This document shows, in pieces, positions 29,201-38,154 of a DNA stretch of 64,000 nt (position 1 is its first letter; every line of letters begins with the position of its first letter). Both the position numbers and the translations under genes were made by a program. The notes under the pieces are model-generated. The model searched no databases. It saw nothing but the letters and a program-made list of their open reading frames with translations, and was not told the DNA's origin. The DNA is from Myxococcota bacterium (GTDB taxonomy: Bacteria; Myxococcota_A; SURF-8), in assembly GCA_965140415.1 (NCBI GenBank), contig OZ223209.1, forward strand, positions 3,552,001 to 3,616,000, read 5' to 3'.

Positions 29201-31141
29201 GCCTTCATTGACGACTCTCAAGCGCAACACCTTGCTCGTTTCCAAATTCACTTCTTCAAATGAAATCAGGTCTTCATCGAAAATTTCTCGGGAACTTCCA
29301 TCGCTGGGATCGACCAGATTAAAAGTACACCAAGGCCAGACTCCCTCTCCACGCAGGGGAATCTCGTATTCGGGATAGGTCGGGTTATTGGTTGTAATGG
29401 TCAGTTTCCCGACGTGAACATACCCTTCCTCTTGGTAAGTCGGCTTGAAAAACATCAGAATTTCCCTTGGGTCATCCTGAAGGCTCAAGATCAGCGGCAA
29501 TTGCGTAACCACCTCTGGATCGACATAGAAAGCATTGGGATCTTCTGAAGGATTCTCCACATTTAAGCTCGTAATGATCAGGTCACCGGTACCACGATTC
29601 TGTACGGTAAAGCCTTCCTCACCCACATCGTTTAGTAGAACCTCTTCGAAATTAAGTGTTGTCGGTTCCACTACGATTACACTTTGAACACCAATACACT
29701 GAACCGGCAACAATTGAATCGGCTCGTTGACATCATTACTACGTACTTCAATGACACCAGCTAGCGGAACGACGCTTTCCGGTTTGCAGAACACACGGAA
29801 AGTTGCGTAATCATTGGGTGCGATAGGATGATTCTCCCCGATGCCACGGGTATCGATCCATAAAAGGTTGGGATCGGGAACGGGGTTTGTCCACTGAATG
29901 CTTTCAATTCGCACGGTTCCACCGCAACTGCTTTCCAGTTCGACTTCCGTGTTCACTTCCTGATTGATTGTCACATCTCCGAAATCCACAGGATTGGGAT
30001 CGATAGTCAAACAGGGAACGACACCGGTACCGGTAAGCGTGAAGTTGACCGGATTTTTGGGTTCGTACCGGCTGTGATCGGCGTTATGATTGATTTTGAT
30101 GACGGCATCGTGAACCCCTTGGCTCGCCGGTTTGTAATAAACCAGGAATGCCATGGAATCACCGGGATTGATGTGTGTCAGTTGTGGAAGGTTTTCCTGC
30201 AATCTGAAGTGCGCGCTCTGTGCAGGTTCCAAGGTAATCGGTCCCACTGTCAACGCCTTATTGGAATCCAGTTCCTGACCAGTCGGAACGACATTCGTTA
30301 CTGTAATTTGAAGAGGAATTTCCGTAGCTCCGACCTCGACCACGCCGAAATCGTACTCAGGAGGATCCGGAGCAATTACGATTTCCGTTTCACCCTTGTA
30401 ATCGCTAGTTAGTTGGATTTCGGTCGTATAACCAATGCAAGGATCGTTTGTAACCAATTCAATAGTCCCAAGATTACGACCGGGGTCACTTGGCGATAGC
30501 AGAATGTTAAAGGTTTCAAACTGTCCCGGAGCGATATCGATCGGAAGACTGGGAGCCCCTCCTTGCCAACTGTAATCGGTATCGGAAGCTTGAGAAATAA
30601 CCATATCAAGAATCTGTAGGGTTTTGAACCCATCGTTCTGGATATTGAACGACTGCACACCAGAATCGTTGATCATCACGGCACCGAAGGACAGACTCGG
30701 AGGATCGATGCTGATGCAAGGATTGTTGTTGCAGTCGCAAGTAGTGGTGTCGCCATCAACGATGTCATCAGAATCGCTATCACCATCCGGGAACATCGGA
30801 GAGCATACAAAATTGTCATCGCAGTACTCATTGGTACCACACTGCACATCCGCGCAGCATTCTGCACTTTCCGGACATGCTGTTCCGTCGTTAACGAGAC
30901 ATACCCCTCCAACACAAATGTACCCCACATCACAATCCGGATCCGTACTACAGAGCGGATTGATGGAATCTCCATCTGTGCTGGATTCGCGATCATCATC
31001 TCCGTTGTCAATCACACTGCTGCCGTTTCCGTCACAAGCCGTAACGAAAAGCAGAGCGAAAAGCATGAGAATGATGAAAAAGGCACCACGCCGCTGCAAT
31101 GAGTTTCGTGTTCTCATTCCGAGTACTCCTAAACTGACCAT
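26252..31141 (-). CDS. Giant surface lipoprotein with about six Ig-like (choice-of-anchor D/ASH-like) domains and nine CDxxDNDCDGxxDE repeats (start may be ATG 31117)
   Basis: Lipobox VTAC; repeated xFG/ExV...(T/S)ND modules; nine ExCxxxDNDCDGxxDE-type units mostly about 59 aa apart; C-terminal DVDWF (PPC-like) module. Confidence 0.8.
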   Translation of the reverse strand: MVSLGVLGMRTRNSLQRRGAFFIILMLFALLFVTACDGNGSSVIDNGDDDRESSTDGDSINPLCSTDPDCDVGYICVGGVCLVNDGTACPESAECCADVQCGTNEYCDDNFVCSPMFPDGDSDSDDIVDGDTTTCDCNNNPCISIDPPSLSFGAVMINDSGVQSFNIQNDGFKTLQILDMVISQASDTDYSWQGGAPSLPIDIAPGQFETFNILLSPSDPGRNLGTIELVTNDPCIGYTTEIQLTSDYKGETEIVIAPDPPEYDFGVVEVGATEIPLQITVTNVVPTGQELDSNKALTVGPITLEPAQSAHFRLQENLPQLTHINPGDSMAFLVYYKPASQGVHDAVIKINHNADHSRYEPKNPVNFTLTGTGVVPCLTIDPNPVDFGDVTINQEVNTEVELESSCGGTVRIESIQWTNPVPDPNLLWIDTRGIGENHPIAPNDYATFRVFCKPESVVPLAGVIEVRSNDVNEPIQLLPVQCIGVQSVIVVEPTTLNFEEVLLNDVGEEGFTVQNRGTGDLIITSLNVENPSEDPNAFYVDPEVVTQLPLILSLQDDPREILMFFKPTYQEEGYVHVGKLTITTNNPTYPEYEIPLRGEGVWPWCTFNLVDPSDGSSREIFDEDLISFEEVNLETSKVLRLRVVNEGSYKCKVSNLTLGPGSSTEFSFFPQLIPDIQPGGFANIDLSYSPVGWPGEDTGSFRINTNDFRDDHSYAEFDLYGLGVNPSIEVTPLCVESNPCDLGEIFINSCSDPYLVTITNDGVGTLEVYGYSIYRTTGPPENWEIEGWPQMPAYLRNYNDHNEDKIEFTVTFCPHDYDFEQELVLRVESNDNNNSIMYVAFKAEGVNCDEDWYTIDPAQPCGYYCHRPQPENQVPYEICDGFDNDCDGLTDEDFLVGRPCNGTGECGWGEWECSGLDPFSVICSTEPGGSAPQTQPDLCDGLDNDCDGEVDEDFSIGEICLGEGECGLGEWRCMPNDPYSRYCNANDNGGPEICDGYDNDCDGTVDNGEFFIYGSGEPPGTCVGCLGNPCTGTGGCGNGSQYNGYFQCLNGNAHQEIVAPELWIQCSADPGGDSFTGGVEVCNNEDDDCDGNTDEDFDIGVQCNGVGQCGIGVKQCDPQNYLTTICSTDRNGDDYVYVPESCDGLDNDCDGETDEDFFIGSECLGVGECGTGEWECAPGGQGRICSVNSGGSNYQGTAELCDNLDNDCDGETDENWDVGLPCVGQGVCGLGVKECADVNSWRCSTDFGGSQYGGTSERCDSLDNDCDGQTDEDYYIGLPCVGQGECGSGIYECKNLSANRCSTDYGGSQYGGTSESCDSLDNDCDGSTDEDFNVGNNCDGVGECGPGVIECASSSSSRCSTDLFGSEYDGSPEICDNLDNDCDGVRDEDFCTDCDDINNCGGCGVVCTVANGTPICDQGECKISSCSTYYHDLNGEYDDGCECLEDQNDQDGQGNTCNNAAQSEPYRLTDNNGQLAVVSGTIAPESDVDWFTFMAIDGPESGANRCDEFNAEVKLTNNPNGQFAFDVYRGGCPSQYSADVCDGTGTPGVARGVTNYNFATDSQWPPTTVSDPSWGRGQCPCNAPASSATGVNDCEEQNFTFYVKVYRSGSTVTCGTYELQVSNGVASTP

Positions 31142-31202
31142 GTTGGGGCTGTTATCAGTTTCCTTAAAATACTAAAGACGAGTCCTACTCTTGTCTAACT
31201 AT

Positions 31203-31231
31203 TATATAGGCGGAAGGCGGTCTCAAGTCAA
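31203..31231 (-). promoter_or_regulatory. Candidate sigma70 promoter upstream of the giant lipoprotein gene
   Basis: TTGACT-17 nt-TATATA(AT) on the minus strand. Confidence 0.55.
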
Positions 31232-31430
31232 GGTCTTTTTGCATGTCCACAAATTGCAATGATGTGGATTTCGCTAAGCATATTAAAGTGTTCCATAACA
31301 AATCGTCAATCAGTACCATCAGAAAAAAAGATCTATTTAATGGATGGAAATGACATTCCAATCCCTTCCTTCTGCTTGAATAAGCCCATTTTATGACATT
31401 TCCTGACAACAATCAGACCAACAGGGATAT

Positions 31431-32975
31431 CTATGGCGCCAACAGCTCCTTTGATTCCAGAACTTTAAGAATATTGTCCACCATTACGGAATGACCAGCA
31501 GCAGAGCAATGATCATCATCCAGTATGTACATGGAACGAGGCGACAAGTCTTTGAATACGCTAAGATTATTCACAAATGGAAGATCGTGTTCGGAAGCCA
31601 CGTCCTCGAGGATGGAGTTGGCTAACGGGTATGAAACAGGATAGTTCTGAAAAACGACCGGAATGTTATATTGACCAAGTAAAGAAACGATGTCCTCCAA
31701 ATCCGAACGTATCCACTCTTCAACCTCCCGATCCCACGTATCCTTATCGGTAAATATCGCCTGATAATTTTTTAAAAGCTTTAAAGCCGTTCTATTTGCC
31801 TCTCTTTTCTGTATCGTTTCTAATTTCTCCACAACCATCTCCGCAGTGTAGCGGCTCTGAAAATCGAATGATTTGGTAAGCCAATAATAGGCACCTTCAT
31901 TTCCGGGAGATAAAGAAATCCCTTTCAGCAAAAGCTCCGCGGCCCGGCCATGATCGTTTTGGGTAATATACTTCATACCTACTTTCTGGTAGTAATCACC
32001 CAGGCAACGCTCGATCTCAACGTTGCCTTTAAACTTCTTCAGTATCTCAGTAGCCAATCTCTCGGCAGAGACATAATCCTCTTTTTTTATTGCAATCGCC
32101 AATTTGAACTCTTGCACAGCATGCCAAGCATCAGTGCTATTATCCTGTTCCATCACGCGCTCTGCCACTTCAAGAGCCTTGTCGTATTCCTTTGAGAAAA
32201 AGTATCGCCGCATGAGTTGCATGGGATCATGGATTTCTTCAATCGGCTGCCGAATCAGATCATCATCTGTCTTTCGCCAATTAACGCGGCAATCCCCTCT
32301 AACTTGATTTTGTTCGTTCAAGCGTTGATAGCTGCCATCCAGATTGTAGTTGTAACGATCGATCGCCCGTACAGCACTGGCTTCCAAGGAAAAGACATTG
32401 ATCCAGGTAATGCGCACCATCTTTACAACCCGCAAATTCAGCGCCCAGGATTTCAGTTTCGAAGTCCAGGCCCCATCCCGGTGCAAATCATAATCCCAGG
32501 GATTAAAACGATTAGCCGAACCGGCCAGAAGAATCACAAGATGGGGGCGATACCGCTTAATCAGCTTGGGTAGATACCTTTTAAGTTCCAACGTATTGGA
32601 TTCACAAACTCCCTGGTTGATCACATCGAAGCGATTCTGGGAGTATTTCTCATCCAATTTAGCCTGAAGCAGTGCAGGGTAGCTTTCATCTTTTTTGACC
32701 AAACCACCATGCGTGAAGGAATCACCCACACAAAGGATACGCATACTGTTGTCGGGAGTAATAACGAACGACAGATCTTTCTCGCTTCTGTCATAGAAAA
32801 TTCTACCGACAGCCCACAAGCTAAATTCAAGCAAGGCTAAAAAAAAGATAAGGCTGACGAAGCTGATCAACAGCTTTGCCCAAATCGGCGTATTGCTACT
32901 TTCCACGGTACATGCCCCTTTTGCATCGAGAAACCGGATGATCGCCGCAATTACCCCTGTTGCAACGAAAATCAT
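31431..32975 (-). CDS. Membrane-anchored SGNH/GDSL hydrolase with TPR-like helical insertion (start may be GTG 32906)
   Basis: N-terminal transmembrane helix, CVGDSFTHG (block I), NQGV (block II), LAGSAN (block III), DDDH (block V); helical TPR-like middle. Confidence 0.78.
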   Translation of the reverse strand: MIFVATGVIAAIIRFLDAKGACTVESSNTPIWAKLLISFVSLIFFLALLEFSLWAVGRIFYDRSEKDLSFVITPDNSMRILCVGDSFTHGGLVKKDESYPALLQAKLDEKYSQNRFDVINQGVCESNTLELKRYLPKLIKRYRPHLVILLAGSANRFNPWDYDLHRDGAWTSKLKSWALNLRVVKMVRITWINVFSLEASAVRAIDRYNYNLDGSYQRLNEQNQVRGDCRVNWRKTDDDLIRQPIEEIHDPMQLMRRYFFSKEYDKALEVAERVMEQDNSTDAWHAVQEFKLAIAIKKEDYVSAERLATEILKKFKGNVEIERCLGDYYQKVGMKYITQNDHGRAAELLLKGISLSPGNEGAYYWLTKSFDFQSRYTAEMVVEKLETIQKREANRTALKLLKNYQAIFTDKDTWDREVEEWIRSDLEDIVSLLGQYNIPVVFQNYPVSYPLANSILEDVASEHDLPFVNNLSVFKDLSPRSMYILDDDHCSAAGHSVMVDNILKVLESKELLAP

Positions 32976-33211
32976 TATATTCTATATCTCGTATCATTCC
33001 TTATTGGAAATGTCAATAACTCAAAATAGTAAGTATATATCTTCGTGTAATTTCGATGGTTTCGAGCAATCCAAACTTTTTTCCTCGTCCAACGATACAG
33101 CTATGCTATGATGTAAGAATACTGTCTTCAATTTACATCGGAATTAATTGTACAGCCTCATGAATTTGTGTATGCTTGGCCCGGATTTTTTAATAACCGG
33201 AGGCGAAAACA

Positions 33212-35395
33212 ATGGAAGTTGAAACTCTTATTCGTACTGCGATTCATGAAAACAGAAACTCGCTAACCGAGCATGAAGCCAAAGAACTGCTTAAATCATA
33301 TTCCATACCAGTGGTACAGGAAATCGTTGCAACAACAGTCGACGATGTCTGCTTGCAAGCCACTCAACTGGGATTCCCTATAGCCGTCAAAGGACTCGGA
33401 GCGCAACTGACTCATAAAACAGAAATGGGTGTTGTGCGATTGAATCTATCGACGATAGAAGACGTGCGCGAAGCCGCAAATGAGATTCAAGAAAATGCAG
33501 GTGACAAACTTGAAGGTTTTCTCGTTCAACCAATGATTCAAGGTCGGCGTGAATTCGTCGCCGGAGTTTTCCGTGATCCGACTTTCGGTCCCATGGTGAT
33601 GTTCGGTCTGGGAGGCGTCTTGACCGAAGCACTGAACGACGTCGCATTCGGCATGGCTCCATTGGACGAAAAACAAGCGGACTTGATGATCGATCAAATC
33701 AAGGCTCAAAAACTGCTTCGCGAATTTCGCGGAGAAAAAGCAGTCGATCGAGATGCACTCAAGCAAACACTGATCGGATTATCCCGGATTGTGGCGGAAC
33801 ATCCGGAAATTTCCGAAATCGACATCAATCCCTTGCTAGTCCAAGCGACGGGAAATATTACCGCCGTTGACGCCCTGGTGGTATTGGGTGAAAAGCAACA
33901 CTTTACCGAGCGCCCCTCAATTCAACCCGAACAACTGGCCCGTCTGTTTTATCCACGTAATATCGTGTTTATCGGGGCAAGTTCCAAATTCGGCAAATGG
34001 GGACACAACCTCCCCTCAAATGCGATTGCCGCCGGCTTTGAGGGAGAAATTCACCTCGTCAACCCCAAAGGTGGGGAAATTATTGGGAAACAGGCATACA
34101 CCTCCGTACTCGACCTGCCAGACAAAGTTGACTTGGCTTTCGTAACTATTCCGGCAAAATATGTCTTCGATCTTCTTCCGCAACTTGCTGAAAAGAAAAT
34201 CCGCAATGTGGTGATGATCTCCTCTGATTTCGGAGAAACCGGAGAGGAAGGAAAGAAACGCGAAGAACAACTTGTTGAAGACGCCACTCGCCTAGGCCTG
34301 TTGATTCTCGGTCCCAATACAATGGGAATCTGCAATCCTCACACTCACCTTTTCTGCATGCCGACCCATGTGCGCCCACGTGCCGGATCGACGACATTAG
34401 TTGCACAATCAGGCAATATGGGTACGCAACTGCTTGCTTTTGCAGAGAAAGAAGGCGTCGGCATTCGTGCGTTTTCCGGTTCCGGCAACGAAGCGATGAT
34501 CAGCATCGAAGATTACATGGATTCCTTCGAAGTCGATCCGCTGACTCGGACCGTCGTTTTGTACCTTGAAAGTGTCAAAAACGGCCCACGTTTCTATGAA
34601 AGCGCTCTGCGCGTAGGTAAAAAGAAACCGGTTGTCATCCTAAAGGGAGGCCGCTCCAAGGTCGGCAGCTTGGCTGCCAGCAGCCACACCGGAGCAATGG
34701 CTCAGGATTCCCGTGTTTTTAGTGCGGTCTGTAAGCAAGCCGGTATCGTAGAAGTCAATCAACCGATGGACCTTTTGGATGTTTCGGCCTGTTTTGCATC
34801 TCTCCCCTTACCGAAAGGTCCACGCATCGGAATTATGACTCTTGGGGGTGGTTGGGGCGTAGTCACTGCGGACTTGTGCTCTGAAAACGGTTTACAGGTT
34901 CCCAAACTGGACCAGCAAATTGTCGAACGATTGGATACAATGCTTCCCGCATTCTGGAGCCGAGCCAATCCAGTTGATCTGGTAGGCGAGCATGATCCAA
35001 GTCTTCCCATTACCGTAGTGGAAGAACTGCTAAAATGGGACGGCTGCGATGCTGTGATCAATCTGGGTATCCATGGTTTCCGAATTCTGACCGCTCAAAT
35101 GTTCGATTCCATCGAAAAGTGCGATCCTGCTTATCCGAAGGAATTCATCGACACCCTGCGGCAACAGATCATGAACGCAGAGGACCACTACATCGAGCGC
35201 ATGGCTCAATTGATGGAAAAATACCAGAAACCCGTTGTTGGTGTAAGCCTGCTATCGGACGAACACAGCAAAACGGTGTATCAGATTCCAGATTGCCAAT
35301 ACAACAGCGTGTTCTTCCTTACACCGGAGCGAGCGGTAAAATCGTTGGCAAAGATGTGGCGCTATGCAAATTGGCGAAACACCTTCAGCAACTAA
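33212..35395 (+). CDS. Acetate/acyl-CoA ligase (ADP-forming), fused with the ATP-grasp (beta) part first
   Basis: LTEHEAKELL, HKTEMGVV, FGPMVMFGLGG, EIDINPL, then IGASS, GPNTMG, QSGN and ASSHTGA (phospho-His). Confidence 0.9.
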   Translation: MEVETLIRTAIHENRNSLTEHEAKELLKSYSIPVVQEIVATTVDDVCLQATQLGFPIAVKGLGAQLTHKTEMGVVRLNLSTIEDVREAANEIQENAGDKLEGFLVQPMIQGRREFVAGVFRDPTFGPMVMFGLGGVLTEALNDVAFGMAPLDEKQADLMIDQIKAQKLLREFRGEKAVDRDALKQTLIGLSRIVAEHPEISEIDINPLLVQATGNITAVDALVVLGEKQHFTERPSIQPEQLARLFYPRNIVFIGASSKFGKWGHNLPSNAIAAGFEGEIHLVNPKGGEIIGKQAYTSVLDLPDKVDLAFVTIPAKYVFDLLPQLAEKKIRNVVMISSDFGETGEEGKKREEQLVEDATRLGLLILGPNTMGICNPHTHLFCMPTHVRPRAGSTTLVAQSGNMGTQLLAFAEKEGVGIRAFSGSGNEAMISIEDYMDSFEVDPLTRTVVLYLESVKNGPRFYESALRVGKKKPVVILKGGRSKVGSLAASSHTGAMAQDSRVFSAVCKQAGIVEVNQPMDLLDVSACFASLPLPKGPRIGIMTLGGGWGVVTADLCSENGLQVPKLDQQIVERLDTMLPAFWSRANPVDLVGEHDPSLPITVVEELLKWDGCDAVINLGIHGFRILTAQMFDSIEKCDPAYPKEFIDTLRQQIMNAEDHYIERMAQLMEKYQKPVVGVSLLSDEHSKTVYQIPDCQYNSVFFLTPERAVKSLAKMWRYANWRNTFSN

Positions 35396-35421
35396 ACCGT
35401 AATTTTAAAAAGGAGTTCCTC

Positions 35422-38094
35422 ATGTCCCGTGTCCGAATCACGGGTTGTCCAGCGATTCAAGTGTTTCTCTTTCTGCTGCTGTGTATGACCGCCGGTTGTA
35501 GCTCAGCAGATCAGGATGAAACCGACGATTTCGGAGATTCGGATGGGACAGAGGCCCTTTTTCCAGATGGGGATAACGATTCCTCCTGGCCGCTCTGGCC
35601 ACCGACAGACCAGGACCAAATCACAACAGATGGCGATTCTGAATTAGGATCAGACAGCGAAGAGCCGGAAATCCCCACGTCCTGCCCTGAAACATGTCCA
35701 TCCGGTCAGATATGCGATGAAACCCAAGGCATTTGTGTTGACGGCTGTCACGATCATGAGGATTGTCCGGCACTTTATCGCTGCGATAACCAGCGTAAAG
35801 CCTGCTACTTTGTAGGATGCAGCAGCGACCTGGAATGCTCTCAGAATTTAATTTGCCAGCGCAGCTCGGGCTTGTGTGTTGAATGTGGAGAAGATATCGA
35901 TTGCGAGGGAGGCATCTGCAACCGTGAAAATATGAGCTGCGTTGCCACGACTTGCCAGGATGACGGCTACGAACCCAATGACAGCCACCGTGAAGCAACT
36001 CCTATCGCAAATGGTCGTTTAGATAAGCTGGTTTTGTGCAACCCGGATCAGGATTGGTTCGTTTTCCAAGCTGCCGCCGGAGACCAGGCCGAAATTGATG
36101 TGTTCACCAATAAGCAGATTTCCCTTTCTATCCGTCATTCCGAAATCACCACACCTCTATTTTCCGGCACCGGACAAGGCGATCCTTGGCATATCGATCT
36201 GTCGCAATGCACTTGGGGGGGGGATTACTGGATTCAAGTCACAGCCCAAGATTATCAGGAAACTCTATCCTATTCCCTGCAATTCGACCTCGAACATACG
36301 ACATCCAGTTGCCGGGACGATAGCCTTGAAGAAAACGACAGCCTCATTCGCGCACGCATGGTAGAAGCGATTGCTTATGAAAACCTTATCCTTTGCCCAG
36401 GTGATCCGGATTGGTACAAGCTTGCGTTGAACCAGGGAGAGTCACTGGAAATCGAAGTATCCTCCAATTCCGATACAAGCATTGGTTTTTCCGTTTTTTC
36501 TCCCGAGCATGCCATCATTACAGAGGGAATAAGCGGAAATCCTGTTTCGATTCCCGAACTGGCCAAAAGCGGCTCGTATTACATCCGCCTGCTTGGAGAA
36601 ACCGCAGAGACGCAAGCAACATATGGCTTGTCACTTACCCGAACTCTAAACGAACCGACTTGTACCGACGATCCGTTTGAAGAAAACGACACACCGGAAC
36701 AGGCAATGGCTTTAGCCACGAATCAAGCTGCTACCTTTTCTCTCTGTCCTGGCGATGACGATTGGTTTTCCATCCTCGTCGATTCGGGAGACCAACTGTC
36801 CGTCACGTTTGAAGCTTCAAGCGATCAAGCGGAATTGGTTCTTCTATCCGAGAATGGAACCACAACACTCGCTCGCGGCGTCACGGCGGAAGGTAATAAA
36901 TGGATTGCGGAATACACAGCAACCCGGTCAATGAAGTTGTTTATTCGAACCAGCACGATTAGTGAGGGAGAAGGATTCAGTTACGAACTAACCGCAGCAT
37001 TGACACACGCCCCGGTCTGCACTGATGACTCGTTGGAAAACGATGATACCCCCTCCGAGGCAACTCCCATTGAATCCGGTTTTCTGGAAACATTGACCCT
37101 CTGTTCCGGCGATCAAGATTGGTTCCGCTTTGATGCCCATTATCAAGATGAACTTACCATCGATCTGCTTTTTACTCATCAGAATGGCGATCTGGATCTA
37201 TATCTTTACGATCCGGACGGTTATTTGCTGGCAATGTCCACCGGCACCTCGGATGATGAGCAAATCACATCCGCTTCTCTGGCTCTTACGGGAATTTATT
37301 ATATTCTGGTAACCGGCTGGGAAGAAGCTTCCAACCATTATTTGCTGGCGCTTACCATTACGCAATCGTCTCCTCCATGTTCGAATGACGATCTGGAACC
37401 GAATGATCAACCTACCCAAGCATGGCAGTCTATAGCTCCTTTTGACGAGCAATTGCAACTCTGCCTGGACGAGCGCGACTGGTTCTCGTTCTCTCTAAAT
37501 GCGGGTGAGCAACTAGACGCCCTTGTTTTGGAAGAAAGTACTGCGGACACACTGAATCTGGATATTTTCGACACTTCCGGCGAAACGGTATTAGCAATGG
37601 GTGCAACTTCGGATAATGGCACAACGGTCACGCTGCCCGCCGTAACCATGGCCAAACGCGTTTTATTGCGTGTGCAATCTCCCCAAAGTCAGGCGGCAAT
37701 CGCATATGATCTACTTGTTGACATTACCCAAACAGGTCCAACATGCACAGATGATGAATATGAGGACAACGACGATATTTATTCCTCGGTTGACACGATG
37801 GAAGGAGAAGTGACGGGAATCATTTGCTCGAATGATGAAGACTGGTTCGCCGTTCCTGTCGCGGCAGGAGGAGCCCTGTATGCCGCACTCGATTTCATTC
37901 ACAGTGTCGGCGATCTGGATCTCTACTTGTACGATCCCTATGGTTCGTTGCTTATGTCCTCACTATCTGAAACCAATCGTGAAGAAGTCTTTCTCGATGA
38001 ATCCGACGAAGACGATTATTTCTATCTGCGTGTAAAAGGATATCAGGACGCAGCAGGCGACTATATACTGACCCTGCTGGCGGATCATCCATAA
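35422..38094 (+). CDS. Lipoprotein with Cys-rich region and six tandem pre-peptidase C-terminal (PPC)-like domains
   Basis: AGGAG RBS before ATG 35422 (ORF track over-extends into the upstream gene); lipobox TAGC; six CxxDxxExxD...DxDWF/Y units; GDLDLYLYDP. Confidence 0.8.
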   Translation: MSRVRITGCPAIQVFLFLLLCMTAGCSSADQDETDDFGDSDGTEALFPDGDNDSSWPLWPPTDQDQITTDGDSELGSDSEEPEIPTSCPETCPSGQICDETQGICVDGCHDHEDCPALYRCDNQRKACYFVGCSSDLECSQNLICQRSSGLCVECGEDIDCEGGICNRENMSCVATTCQDDGYEPNDSHREATPIANGRLDKLVLCNPDQDWFVFQAAAGDQAEIDVFTNKQISLSIRHSEITTPLFSGTGQGDPWHIDLSQCTWGGDYWIQVTAQDYQETLSYSLQFDLEHTTSSCRDDSLEENDSLIRARMVEAIAYENLILCPGDPDWYKLALNQGESLEIEVSSNSDTSIGFSVFSPEHAIITEGISGNPVSIPELAKSGSYYIRLLGETAETQATYGLSLTRTLNEPTCTDDPFEENDTPEQAMALATNQAATFSLCPGDDDWFSILVDSGDQLSVTFEASSDQAELVLLSENGTTTLARGVTAEGNKWIAEYTATRSMKLFIRTSTISEGEGFSYELTAALTHAPVCTDDSLENDDTPSEATPIESGFLETLTLCSGDQDWFRFDAHYQDELTIDLLFTHQNGDLDLYLYDPDGYLLAMSTGTSDDEQITSASLALTGIYYILVTGWEEASNHYLLALTITQSSPPCSNDDLEPNDQPTQAWQSIAPFDEQLQLCLDERDWFSFSLNAGEQLDALVLEESTADTLNLDIFDTSGETVLAMGATSDNGTTVTLPAVTMAKRVLLRVQSPQSQAAIAYDLLVDITQTGPTCTDDEYEDNDDIYSSVDTMEGEVTGIICSNDEDWFAVPVAAGGALYAALDFIHSVGDLDLYLYDPYGSLLMSSLSETNREEVFLDESDEDDYFYLRVKGYQDAAGDYILTLLADHP

Positions 38095-38096
38095 CG

Positions 38097-38132
38097 AAAA
38101 ACTCCCTTCGCCACAACACGAAGGGAGTTTTT
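38097..38132. terminator. Bidirectional Rho-independent terminator
   Basis: AAAAACTCCCTTCG-8 nt-CGAAGGGAGTTTTT between convergent genes. Confidence 0.85.
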
Positions 38133-38154
38133 TAGATCAGATATGCCGTACAGA

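Noticed and set aside
35035-35421. N-terminal 129 aa of the 1019-aa ORF
   Set aside because: Overlaps the acyl-CoA ligase gene; the RBS and lipoprotein signal point to ATG 35422.
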